The position numbers and the translations under genes are program-made. The notes under the pieces are model-generated. The model made no database searches. It had not been told where the DNA came from and saw nothing but the letters and a program-made list of their open reading frames with translations. Source: an uncultured Planctomycetia bacterium (GTDB lineage Bacteria > Omnitrophota > Gorgyraeia > Pluralincolimonadales > Pluralincolimonadaceae). From it: a stretch of DNA of 64,000 nt. Positions 14,087 through 22,994 of this stretch are shown here, in pieces; position 1 is the first letter of the stretch; every line of letters starts with the position of its first letter. The DNA lies in contig CAZYUB010000001.1 of the NCBI GenBank assembly GCA_964650515.1, positions 1,726-65,725 on the forward strand, given 5' to 3'.

Positions 14087-15843
14087 TAATTAAGGTATAT
14101 CCTGTGCAGGTTGACCGCGGAATTCCCGCTGCAATCTTCCACCCTCACCTCAAACGTGATCTTCCTCACGCCTTCCCTGTCGAATAAGCCGTTCCCGTAA
14201 TTCTGCAATTCCGGGCTTCGCCTGAACCCGTCCTTCAGGTCCAGGGAAAAATGTTCGAGCTCCCCGCCATAAAGGTATATCGGTATGCTTTCAAAGGGCT
14301 CGCCTTCCCTGTCATACGCTTTAACCTTCATGGACATTTTCTGCGCGCTGCTGGAAAGCTCCAGGTTCAATTTACCGTATTTGCCCCAGTCCTGCGGACA
14401 GAGAAAAGGACGGCTGACCGTACCCCAACAGGCCTTCGCCGACTCCTCCGGCTCGATGGTTATCTTCATCGTATTTACGAGTTTGCCCGTTGATGACGCC
14501 GCAGGCGCCAATTTCCTTGATATCCTGCAGTGCCCCGCCGAGACCATCTCCGACGGATATGCCGTCTCGAACTTTATGCTGCCGTATGTGAAATCGTCTA
14601 TTACGGGGACGAACTGGAAAGCGGGCTTATAATCGATGCTGTCTACTATCTTATTCGCTCGCTCCTCATCCTGCCCCATCGAAAAGGGGTTGAAGTCCTC
14701 CTTCGCGAATATATACCAGCAGGTGCTCGATATGCAGAGCGGCCGGTCCTGCATTACCCAGCTGCCGTAGGCGGTCGTACCCTCATTCGTCGCGTACGGC
14801 AATGCCGAAGCGTTCTTATGGACCGAACTGGCCGTAAGCGCTTTGTCCAGCTCCGACAGGAAATGCGCGCTCTCCTCCTTCCTGCCGGCCCTGTCGAATG
14901 CGAGGGCCATCTGGGCCGTGCCTTCCAGCCATATGGAATCCTTGTCCGGATAATGTGACTTTTCGTAGGTGGAACCGAAATCGAAACCCTCTATCTCGAC
15001 CCCGTTGACCTTATACATCTTCTTCGTCAAACTCTTGTCTATCGCGAAATCGAGCGTGGGCCCGTAAGCGCTCCCGAGTGCCAAGACCGCCCAGCTCGAC
15101 TGGTCGGTCGCGAAATTAGGGTTGTCCCTGCCCATGTTGAACCTGTTCTGCTCTTTGTTCCAGGCGGCGTTCTCCATCCAGAATTTTATCTCTTTCGCGA
15201 CGCCGAGGCACCGCATATCGCCGGTAAGGACGCCGAGGTCCCTGAACGCGGCATAAGAGTCGAGGTTATGTTCGACCGATATCCATGTCATCGGCTCCCC
15301 GTTGCCGTAATACCCGCCGATAACGCCACCCTCTATCGACTGAAGCGACATCAGCCATTCCACGAGCGTCTCCGCGAGATCCGAATACCTCGTATCTTTC
15401 GAGACATACGTATAATGGTTGATCGCTATGAGCATCCACGCGTTCGGGCCCGCGGCCCAGGTTTCTCCCCAGCGCCCGTCCTTGCGGTAGGCGTCGCTGA
15501 ACCCTATGAATTTTCCGTATTTCTTTATCTCCTTGCGGTAAGTGCCGTCAAAGAAATCGAGCACCTGCCTTGCCTTTTTCAGGTCACCGCGGGAAGTAAA
15601 GGCGATAACGGCAAGGGCCTGGTCGTAGGTAAAACAATCCGTCCCGCCTTCATAGCTCGGAAGGAGCCCCTCAGTAAAGAAGATCAAGCGACGGTTCGAT
15701 TCCTGCTGCGCGACAAGCCACCTGTATGCCTTGTCCACGTTATCATCCCGAGCGGGGCCGCCGGGGTCCTGCCCCCATCCTGAGGGCCCGGCGCAGAGCG
15801 CGCACAGCAGCACCGACGCCAAAAATGCGCGTATCTTATTCAT
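14086..15843 (-). CDS. Secreted (alpha/alpha)6 six-hairpin glycosidase-like protein with a C-terminal CBM/CIA30-like beta-sandwich
   Basis: Signal peptide from the internal ATG (the track ORF extends to 15897). DQALAVIAFTSRGDLKKARQVLDFF… and CWYIFAKEDFNPF are shared with the 8808..10508 protein, with the domain order swapped. Confidence 0.45.
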   Translation of the reverse strand: MNKIRAFLASVLLCALCAGPSGWGQDPGGPARDDNVDKAYRWLVAQQESNRRLIFFTEGLLPSYEGGTDCFTYDQALAVIAFTSRGDLKKARQVLDFFDGTYRKEIKKYGKFIGFSDAYRKDGRWGETWAAGPNAWMLIAINHYTYVSKDTRYSDLAETLVEWLMSLQSIEGGVIGGYYGNGEPMTWISVEHNLDSYAAFRDLGVLTGDMRCLGVAKEIKFWMENAAWNKEQNRFNMGRDNPNFATDQSSWAVLALGSAYGPTLDFAIDKSLTKKMYKVNGVEIEGFDFGSTYEKSHYPDKDSIWLEGTAQMALAFDRAGRKEESAHFLSELDKALTASSVHKNASALPYATNEGTTAYGSWVMQDRPLCISSTCWYIFAKEDFNPFSMGQDEERANKIVDSIDYKPAFQFVPVIDDFTYGSIKFETAYPSEMVSAGHCRISRKLAPAASSTGKLVNTMKITIEPEESAKACWGTVSRPFLCPQDWGKYGKLNLELSSSAQKMSMKVKAYDREGEPFESIPIYLYGGELEHFSLDLKDGFRRSPELQNYGNGLFDREGVRKITFEVRVEDCSGNSAVNLHRIYLN

Positions 15844-16495
15844 TAGACAATATGAAATCATCCAGGTATACGGTCGCTCCCGGGCCGTTGCCCACATCCG
15901 CTCCGAAGGCTATGCCGATATTGTCGAGCGACTTTACGTCTATGCCTGATTTGCGCAGCTCGGCTACGGATATCGTTATCTTCTTCCATTCCTTCGTGGC
16001 CGATTCAACCGATATCTTTGCCTGCGGCATATAGCTCGGCGCATGGCTGTCCCTGAGGACTATTTCCATGTTCTCTCCGCCGTTCTCACCCTTTACCCAG
16101 AATTCTATGCTCTTGAAACCGGACACATCCTTGCTCTTGACCTTCTTCGGGACGGGGACAGCATCGGTGACCTGGCCCATGTCTATAGAAAAACTACCCC
16201 ACGTCTCCGACTTCTTGCTTCCGAGGGCGTTGACGAGGCGGAACGACTGCTTGCCGCTATGGACGTTCTTCATGTCATACCCGGGTACGTTCGGGGAATA
16301 GTACCAGCTGAACGGCGTGTTCTTGTCTTCCCAGTTGGGTTCCAGAGACCCGTATACCCCGACCTCGCCCCCGAGATTGTTCGGATGGCCTTCAAAATCC
16401 GCTATGACGGTAATGCTTTCTTCGGAAAACGATTGCCCGGGAACAAAAAATAACACGGCGGCTATTGCCGCTATAAGAAATATCTGTCCTTTCAT
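15836..16495 (-). CDS. Secreted CBM11/CIA30-like beta-sandwich protein
   Basis: Signal peptide. Residues around EFWVKGENGGENMEIVLRD and ATVYLDDFIL suggest a carbohydrate-binding-like beta-sandwich fold. No PEP-CTERM tail. Confidence 0.45.
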   Translation of the reverse strand: MKGQIFLIAAIAAVLFFVPGQSFSEESITVIADFEGHPNNLGGEVGVYGSLEPNWEDKNTPFSWYYSPNVPGYDMKNVHSGKQSFRLVNALGSKKSETWGSFSIDMGQVTDAVPVPKKVKSKDVSGFKSIEFWVKGENGGENMEIVLRDSHAPSYMPQAKISVESATKEWKKITISVAELRKSGIDVKSLDNIGIAFGADVGNGPGATVYLDDFILSNE

Positions 16496-16515
16496 GCCAG
16501 CCTCCTTTTGCCAGT

Positions 16516-16576
16516 ATTATAACTCATTGACCGTTGCGTGTAAACAACGGGGGCCCGCAATCATCCGGGCCCCCGC
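16516..16576 (-). promoter_or_regulatory. Terminator hairpin (16549..16575) overlapping a sigma70 promoter TTTACA-N17-TATAAT for the 16495 operon
   Basis: Hairpin gggggcccg…cgggccccc. On the minus strand, TTTACA (plus 16539-16544), 17-nt spacer, TATAAT (plus 16516-16521), then the AAAAGGAGG RBS. Confidence 0.5.
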
Positions 16577-16587
16577 TATGTTAACTA

Positions 16588-17241
16588 TCAGCTCTTCTTC
16601 CTTCTCCCAAGACCGATAAGCCCAACCAGCCCTGTGCCGAGCAAGAGCATGCTTGCCGGTTCGGGGACGGGCGCAAACGACATATCATCCACCCACAACG
16701 TGCTGTTAGGTGAATACGCACCGCTTGTCGTAAGTGCGACAACGGCGGATACCTTAGCCGTCCCTGCGGGGGCGGCCGCGGCCGCGACAGAAATAGGGTG
16801 CCAGGTGTCTGCTGTTGCCGAGTTGTCGAATAAGGCACTCTCATCTACGCGGATAACGTTGCCAAGCGAGTTATACCATTTTACCTGCAGCTTGGCCGAG
16901 CTGCCGTCCTTAAGCGCATCAGCGGAATTCCACAGGAAATTACCATTCAGTAAGTAGGGGGCACTGAAATCGATCCCTGTAAAGTCCTCGTTGAAATACG
17001 CATAATCGGTGCCGCTTCCGCCCCAGATGACCACCTTCGCCGCCTTGGCGCCGCTCATCGCAACCGAAGAATCATAGAATGAGTCGCCGTTAGCGCCGCC
17101 GCTCCATGTCCACGGGCCATCCTTTATAACAATAGCCGATCCGCCGTTCTCGAAACCCGGATCGCTCAGGAGGTTGGCAGATGCCTGGGATGAAAAAACA
17201 CCGAATACCGCTATCATCAGTATTACCCTGAATATCTTCAT
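16588..17241 (-). CDS. Secreted CBM4_9-like protein with PEP-CTERM sorting signal
   Basis: Start at the internal ATG with GGAGGTG RBS. Signal peptide, NLLSDPGFENGG motif, C-terminal APVPEPASMLLLGTGLVGLIGLGRRKKS. Confidence 0.8.
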   Translation of the reverse strand: MKIFRVILMIAVFGVFSSQASANLLSDPGFENGGSAIVIKDGPWTWSGGANGDSFYDSSVAMSGAKAAKVVIWGGSGTDYAYFNEDFTGIDFSAPYLLNGNFLWNSADALKDGSSAKLQVKWYNSLGNVIRVDESALFDNSATADTWHPISVAAAAAPAGTAKVSAVVALTTSGAYSPNSTLWVDDMSFAPVPEPASMLLLGTGLVGLIGLGRRKKS

Positions 17242-17380
17242 TATTTCACCTCCTTTCATTATTAAGTTAAACGTTTTCCTTTCAAACCTTAAAAAAAGGA
17301 AAACGATTTCCTTTACTTGGAAAGTCTATCATATCCCAGAATAAAGTCAAGATTATTAAATTGTTATTTTGTAGTAATAA

Positions 17381-18031
17381 TTAGAGGTAATCCGGAAGGA
17401 CCTTTACCGCTTCGCGTATGAACTTCCTGCATCTTTCGAGCGCGGCTGTCGTGTCGTTATCCGTTATGGCTGTCCATACCCTTATGGCCGACCCGCCGCT
17501 CTTGCCGCCCTTGAGCTGGTTGATGACGAAATACAACTGCTGCCTGTAGAAATTCTCCGTCATTACATCTCCGGCGGTGTACCAGTCAAGCATCAGCACC
17601 TTGTTCTTCGATATCTGGTAGATCGACTCGTTGGCCGACATTGCCTTCCCCCCTCCAAGGTCGATATCCGCCTTTCCCTGCGTGAGCATCTCGGTGCGGC
17701 CGCTCCCGAGATAGCAATATTCCGGAGGATGGAAACTCTGCCTCTTCTGGTCCGAATATACCACCTGCATCGACACCCTTTCGTTACCAGGCCCGAGGTA
17801 GGTGCGTATCAACACTTTGTCCGTCCCGAGGACCTCGTATACCTGTTTCAGGTATTCTTTGTCCTTGAACTCGACGTTCGTCCCCTTCCACCCGGAGACG
17901 TTCATCGGGAAGGACATCAGCCTTACTTCGCGCGCCGGTGCCCTTTTGATCGACGACATGAAAAATACCGCGGCCGCGCACACGGTGAGCATGGATACGG
18001 CAATTATCGTATTTAGGTCTTTTTTGTCCAC
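17381..18031 (-). CDS. epsI: EpsI-family exosortase-associated protein
   Basis: ~215-aa protein with a single N-terminal TM, overlapping and directly downstream of the exosortase gene. Matches the EpsI (methanolan-locus) family by architecture. Confidence 0.6.
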   Translation of the reverse strand: MDKKDLNTIIAVSMLTVCAAAVFFMSSIKRAPAREVRLMSFPMNVSGWKGTNVEFKDKEYLKQVYEVLGTDKVLIRTYLGPGNERVSMQVVYSDQKRQSFHPPEYCYLGSGRTEMLTQGKADIDLGGGKAMSANESIYQISKNKVLMLDWYTAGDVMTENFYRQQLYFVINQLKGGKSGGSAIRVWTAITDNDTTAALERCRKFIREAVKVLPDYL

Positions 18032-18849
18032 GACAACACTCTCCCTGCTAATATCAATCCCGCTATCGCGAATACATATACAAGGAAACCGAGAAAATCA
18101 TGCGCAAAGGTCCCCGGGGACGCCGCCTTTGCGTCATAAGCGAACGCTATGAGCAAAAGGAGCACGATCCGGATTATATTCGCCCCTAGGGCGATGGGTA
18201 TGGACAGCGCGAATATCACGATCTTCTTGACCGTTGACATCTTGATCAGATAAGCGTAAAGGGCGCCTAAGGCGGTCAGGGCTATCAGCGAACTTAGGCC
18301 GCTGCAGGGGCTGCCTATAGTCAGGAACGTATCCGGCCTCAAGTGCACGATGCTGCCGTCCCTGACGGCCGGGACCCCCATAAGGTTGATCATGAACGTC
18401 GCCGCCTGCGCGGCCATCATCTTCATCTTGAAACTTACGCTTATTATGAAGACCTGCGGCAGCGGGATCATGAACACAAGGAACAGGATCGCGAACGCTA
18501 TCTTCCTCGTTATACCCGAGCCGTAAATGTAAAGCGATAGCCCAAACAACGCAAATATAAGCGTGAACCCGGAGATGAAGTTGATCTCGAAAAAATACGC
18601 GAACAGGTGCAGCAGGAGCGCCGGCAGGAACAGCGCCAAACCGATACCGAGGGGTTTTATTTCCGTGTTCTTTAGCTCGTTCCTTTTCAGCCAGACCAGG
18701 TACGCGAAAACGAAGGGAACGAGGTAACCGTGCGAATAATAGGTGTCGGCTTCTTCAAAGCGCGCCATCATCCAGATGAAAGTCGGCCAGTAGACCGCTA
18801 TCAAAAGAGCTCCGACTATGAAAGGCCCGAACCTGGATATAGTTCTCAT
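18013..18849 (-). CDS. Exosortase (XrtA/EpsH family)
   Basis: 278-aa polytopic membrane protein with ~8 TM helices, sized and organised like exosortases, surrounded by 6 PEP-CTERM substrates and EpsI. Confidence 0.75.
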   Translation of the reverse strand: MRTISRFGPFIVGALLIAVYWPTFIWMMARFEEADTYYSHGYLVPFVFAYLVWLKRNELKNTEIKPLGIGLALFLPALLLHLFAYFFEINFISGFTLIFALFGLSLYIYGSGITRKIAFAILFLVFMIPLPQVFIISVSFKMKMMAAQAATFMINLMGVPAVRDGSIVHLRPDTFLTIGSPCSGLSSLIALTALGALYAYLIKMSTVKKIVIFALSIPIALGANIIRIVLLLLIAFAYDAKAASPGTFAHDFLGFLVYVFAIAGLILAGRVLSWTKKT

Positions 18850-19698
18850 TTATTTGCTTTTGTTTATCGCCTCGAGTTGCTTCTCGGCAAGTTTAGCGAA
18901 AGGGGTGTTGGAGTATTTTTCCGTTATGATGCGGTAGTTTTGGGCCGCCTTCTCCGGCTGGCTCGTCTTCTGTTCGTATATCGCGCCAGCGACGAAAAGC
19001 GCCTTAGGGGCAAGCAAGGTGTCGGCGTGCGCGGCGACAACCGAATCGAGGTACTCCAGCGCCTCCGCCCATTTTCCCTGGTCGGCATAGCATGTCACAA
19101 GTAGGTCTATCGTCACGAGAGCGCCGTACGTCTTGGAATTGCCGGATATATACTTCTTGTACTTGTCTATCGCGGTAACATACGCGGCTGCGGCCTCGTC
19201 GTTCTTTCCCTTCAGTTTATAATATTCGGCGATATGCACCGGGACCTGCAGCGCGGTGCCCGTATCGGGGTAATCGGACATTATCCTGTTGAGGGTCTCG
19301 ATCGCTTTCGGCGTGTCATCGGCCGCCTCATACGTTAGCGCGACCATATACAGGGCCCTCGAGCACAGGTCGGCGTTCTCCGGATGCTCCTTCAAGATCA
19401 TGAGGAACTCGTCCCGCGCCTTCGCGACGCTTCCCTGCATCGCGTATAACTGGCCGATGCTGAACTGCGCCTGGGCGCTGTTGGGCCACATCGGGTACCT
19501 TATAGTTATTTCCCTGAATTTGTCTATTATCTTCTGGTACTCCACGGGCGAGGCCTTGTCCGGGGCCTGCAAGAGCTTGTTCAGGTCCTTCGAGGCGCGC
19601 CAAAACCTCTTCTCGGCGGAATATGTCCCCGAATCACATCCGCTGATGGCGGCAGACGCCAGCAGGACCGCGCAGATGACAGATATCTTCTTAAACAT
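18850..19698 (-). CDS. TPR-repeat lipoprotein
   Basis: Lipobox AISGC and multiple TPR-like helices. Its stop abuts the exosortase start. Confidence 0.55.
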   Translation of the reverse strand: MFKKISVICAVLLASAAISGCDSGTYSAEKRFWRASKDLNKLLQAPDKASPVEYQKIIDKFREITIRYPMWPNSAQAQFSIGQLYAMQGSVAKARDEFLMILKEHPENADLCSRALYMVALTYEAADDTPKAIETLNRIMSDYPDTGTALQVPVHIAEYYKLKGKNDEAAAAYVTAIDKYKKYISGNSKTYGALVTIDLLVTCYADQGKWAEALEYLDSVVAAHADTLLAPKALFVAGAIYEQKTSQPEKAAQNYRIITEKYSNTPFAKLAEKQLEAINKSK

Positions 19699-19701
19699 AA
19701 G

Positions 19702-20544
19702 TTATTTGCTTTCTTTTTCCGCTTCCTGTTTAAGCATGAACAGGTTCGCGGTGCTCAAGAATACCAGGGAATCGGTAATGAAAGATACGATTATGCCCGC
19801 GGCAAGTATATACAACGTTATCTCCGGGAAAGTCAGGTTCATCAGCCCCTGCTGCTTCTGCTTGACCAGCATGAACAACACTTCCAGCAGCCTCGGGAGG
19901 AATACGAGCAATACGGTAGTAAAAAAGACGCGCTTTACGACGCCGAAAGACCGCGCGATCGCCCCGAACACTCCCCTGCGCTCTATCATCAACGCCGGAT
20001 ACGCATATATGAAAAGCGCTTCCACGAGGAACGCGACCGCTATGCCCGTGTACGACAATACCTGCAGCAGCATTACCGACGAAGACGTCCGCTGCATCGT
20101 GGAGGTTATTACCCAGGTCGGCGCCTTGAGTATGACAAATGACAGGATGTATATGACCGCCCATATGCCGAGCAGCGCGAAGTACCTTCTTGCCGCCCTG
20201 TTGAAGCTCCCGAACGCACGCACGCCTTCACCTTCGGAATGCGCCTGCGAGACCATCGTGACCGCCATACCGTACATTATCACGCCGAAGATGACCATGA
20301 CGACCACCTGCCCGTAATAAAAAAGGGTCGGGAGGATGTTGAAATTATACGGATAGTGCAGGTAGGCCGCGCCGAAGATATTCTTTATGGGCTGGGCAAA
20401 TATTGCCGTGAACGGAGGACGCGGGGAATAGAACAATACCGTAAGCACAATGCCTTCAAAAACCGCCTTAAGCAGGAACGGCAGCAGGACGGCCGGATAT
20501 TTCGCGATCATCCTGAAAGTTATCGCCCAAACGGTCCTAATCAT
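19702..20544 (-). CDS. Polytopic membrane protein of unknown function (first gene of the exosortase operon)
   Basis: 280 aa, ~7 TM helices, no recognised family. Lies 4 nt upstream of the TPR lipoprotein gene. Confidence 0.4.
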   Translation of the reverse strand: MIRTVWAITFRMIAKYPAVLLPFLLKAVFEGIVLTVLFYSPRPPFTAIFAQPIKNIFGAAYLHYPYNFNILPTLFYYGQVVVMVIFGVIMYGMAVTMVSQAHSEGEGVRAFGSFNRAARRYFALLGIWAVIYILSFVILKAPTWVITSTMQRTSSSVMLLQVLSYTGIAVAFLVEALFIYAYPALMIERRGVFGAIARSFGVVKRVFFTTVLLVFLPRLLEVLFMLVKQKQQGLMNLTFPEITLYILAAGIIVSFITDSLVFLSTANLFMLKQEAEKESK

Positions 20545-21046
20545 TCTCGAACGACTTCTTTATTACCAATATTTTCTTCTTGAGGTCGGCTTCCTGCTTT
20601 TCGTCGTCAACGAACGATACGCCGATATCATATTTTTCCGGTTCCTGCTCCGCCGGGGACTTGACCCAGCTGACCTTTACCAGCGTCTTTACCGGCTCTA
20701 TATCGTTGCCGGGCATTATATCCAGTGTTATATGCATCTCAGGAACCAGGTCCTTATTGAACTCTTCGCCGTTTCCGTTATCTTCCTTAAGCCTGCATTT
20801 CGAATTATGGACCCATCCGAGGCAATTCGAGCAGCTGTCGCAATGCCATGAGCGCGGCCACTCAAGCAAGGCACCCCCCTCACTTAAGTTCTTTGCTTTC
20901 AATGGGATATCGCCGGAAATATCCGTCTTCTTTTGAGGATCTACAAGCTTCCCTTTAATAGCAACATTTATTTCGACACGTTTAAACTTTCTGCGTTCCA
21001 AGTTTTTCTCCTTGTACACCAAATTTAGAAGTTCAGTATAACACAA
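20537..21046 (-). CDS. PilZ-domain c-di-GMP-binding protein
   Basis: N-terminal RRKFKRV (RxxxR) and D-x-S-x-x-G-like LSEGGALL motifs characteristic of PilZ. Confidence 0.6.
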   Translation of the reverse strand: MCYTELLNLVYKEKNLERRKFKRVEINVAIKGKLVDPQKKTDISGDIPLKAKNLSEGGALLEWPRSWHCDSCSNCLGWVHNSKCRLKEDNGNGEEFNKDLVPEMHITLDIMPGNDIEPVKTLVKVSWVKSPAEQEPEKYDIGVSFVDDEKQEADLKKKILVIKKSFEND

Positions 21047-21077
21047 AAGTAAACCGTGTCAACGGGTTTTGTTGCTT

Positions 21078-21908
21078 TTATGCCGTAATAATTTGCTTTT
21101 CCACCCCCTTTTTTAGTATGCTGCTCCTGTATTCGATCGGAGACGTCTTCATATACCTTTTAAAAACTTTACTGAAATAATTGGGGTCCTGGTACCCGAC
21201 AGCGTAAGCTATCTGGTTAACGTTAAGGTTCCTGTTCTTGAGCATCTTGGCCGCGGCCTCCATCCTTATCTTCGTCAGGTATTCGATGAAGGTTATCTTC
21301 AGCTCGTCCTTGAATATGTGGCTGAAATAATAATGGCTCAGCGCCACCTCAGAGGCGACCTTCTGCAGCGATATGTCCTTATCGTGGTAATTCTTCCTTA
21401 TGAATGTCACGGCTTTCAGGACAGCTTCCTGGTTGCGCGAGTACTGCTTATCCGATTCCGTTACGACAAGGAAATCGAACTCATGCCTGAATATGTAGTT
21501 CACCATTATGGACAGCAGGTCTGCCGCGGCCTTTACCTGTTCTTTCTTGAGGTCCTGGGAGGATCCAGGCGCCTGGGCAGGGCACATCATGACGCCGCCT
21601 ATGGCCTTGTCTTCTATCATGATCGGGATGAAGGCCATCTGTAATTTATTATATTCGCAAAGGCACGGCTTTTTCGAGCTTCCGGCCGCCGCGCAGGATT
21701 TGTTGACGAGTTCGAGGAATGCGGTATCCTTTTTCTTCGAGGAGAGGATGGACTTGCATGAATGCCCTGCAAGCTGGGGTATGATGACAGGCCTGCCCTT
21801 AAGGTCGATGAACGAGAACTCCATCCCGGTCAGCTTCAGGAAGGCGTTCTCCACGTCCTGGAGGACTTTTGTGCTTGCGATCCCTTTAATAGCCAGTGAG
21901 CATTCCAT
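21078..21908 (-). CDS. AraC-family transcriptional regulator
   Basis: C-terminal double HTH (…LSHYYFSHIFKDELKITFIEYLTKIRMEAAAKML…IAYAVGYQDPNYFSKVFKRYMKTSP). Confidence 0.8.
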   Translation of the reverse strand: MECSLAIKGIASTKVLQDVENAFLKLTGMEFSFIDLKGRPVIIPQLAGHSCKSILSSKKKDTAFLELVNKSCAAAGSSKKPCLCEYNKLQMAFIPIMIEDKAIGGVMMCPAQAPGSSQDLKKEQVKAAADLLSIMVNYIFRHEFDFLVVTESDKQYSRNQEAVLKAVTFIRKNYHDKDISLQKVASEVALSHYYFSHIFKDELKITFIEYLTKIRMEAAAKMLKNRNLNVNQIAYAVGYQDPNYFSKVFKRYMKTSPIEYRSSILKKGVEKQIITA

Positions 21909-21956
21909 ATCTTCTTAAAATTTACTACTATCGAGCAATTTTGTCAAGCAAATTAC

Positions 21957-22994
21957 CTACTTGAAATCCAGGAATCCCGAGTCCTTCATCCACCTGTATG
22001 TGACGACCACAACGATGACAAGAGCCGCGATAGCGTACAATCCTTTTATCCCCCTGAAGCTCAGGGCTATCATCCCGAAACATGTCGAAAGGAAATACAG
22101 CGAGAGGACAACCCTCCTCTGCGACTCGTCCCTGAACAGCAGTTTATGGTGTATGTGCTCCTTGTCGGCCTGGAATATATGCTTCTTCTTCGCAAGGCGG
22201 CGTACTATCGCGAGCGTCGTGTCTATTATCGGCACCCCGAGCGCGATAACGGGGACAAAAAGTGTTATTATCGTCTTGCTCTTCTGGAAACTTATGACTG
22301 ATATCGCCGCGAGCGCAAAACCCAGGAACATGCTTCCGGGGTTACCCATGAATATACGGGCCGGGTAGAAATTATACGGCAAGAAACCCGCGCAGGCGCC
22401 GACGAGCGCAAAAGCAAGGAACGCGATTACGTATTCATGCTGGTCGATCGCCGACAGGAATATGAAAAACGACGATATTGCCGACACGCCGGCGGCAAGC
22501 CCGTCAAGCCCGTCAAGGAGGTTTATCGCGTTAGTTATGCCTATTATCCATATCATCGTGAAGATCACGCCCATGAAACCGAGCGAGACCTTCCCGACGA
22601 ACGGTATGGTGAACTCCTCGACGACAAATCCGCATGCCACGAGTATCGCCGCGGCTATCACTTGAACAAAGAGTTTCGGCCTGGCCCTCATCGGTTTTAT
22701 ATCGTCGATGACGCCGAGGATGACTATCATCGCGGCGGCGACGCAAAAACCGGCGTACTTCAGGGAGAACCTGTCCATCGCTCCGGGTATCGCGTAAAAA
22801 GCCACCAGCGTCCCGGCAAAAAAAGCGACGGCAATAGCAACTCCGCCCATCGTAGGCATGTTGCCCCTGTGGACCTTCCTGCCGCCGGGTTTATCGACTA
22901 TACCGAGGCCGATAGCGACGGCCCTTACTATGGGCGTCAGGACCAGCGCAACGGCCCCGGAGACGCAGAATGTGGCCAGGTAACCCCTAAGCAT
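21957..22994 (-). CDS. Undecaprenyl-phosphate hexose/HexNAc-1-phosphate transferase (WecA/MraY-like family)
   Basis: Polytopic protein with the NAINLLDGLDGLAAG motif of the MraY/WecA family. Confidence 0.75.
   Translation of the reverse strand: MLRGYLATFCVSGAVALVLTPIVRAVAIGLGIVDKPGGRKVHRGNMPTMGGVAIAVAFFAGTLVAFYAIPGAMDRFSLKYAGFCVAAAMIVILGVIDDIKPMRARPKLFVQVIAAAILVACGFVVEEFTIPFVGKVSLGFMGVIFTMIWIIGITNAINLLDGLDGLAAGVSAISSFFIFLSAIDQHEYVIAFLAFALVGACAGFLPYNFYPARIFMGNPGSMFLGFALAAISVISFQKSKTIITLFVPVIALGVPIIDTTLAIVRRLAKKKHIFQADKEHIHHKLLFRDESQRRVVLSLYFLSTCFGMIALSFRGIKGLYAIAALVIVVVVTYRWMKDSGFLDFK

Noticed and set aside
19289-20317. 342-aa plus-strand ORF across the TPR lipoprotein and membrane protein genes
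   Set aside because: It is antisense to two minus-strand genes that carry signal-peptide or TM evidence and tight operon spacing.
20968-20985. CGACACGTTTAAAC, a partial match to the ACACGTGTCGAA box
   Set aside because: It lies inside the PilZ coding region (encoding …RVEIN…), is shorter and degenerate, and is not at a promoter.
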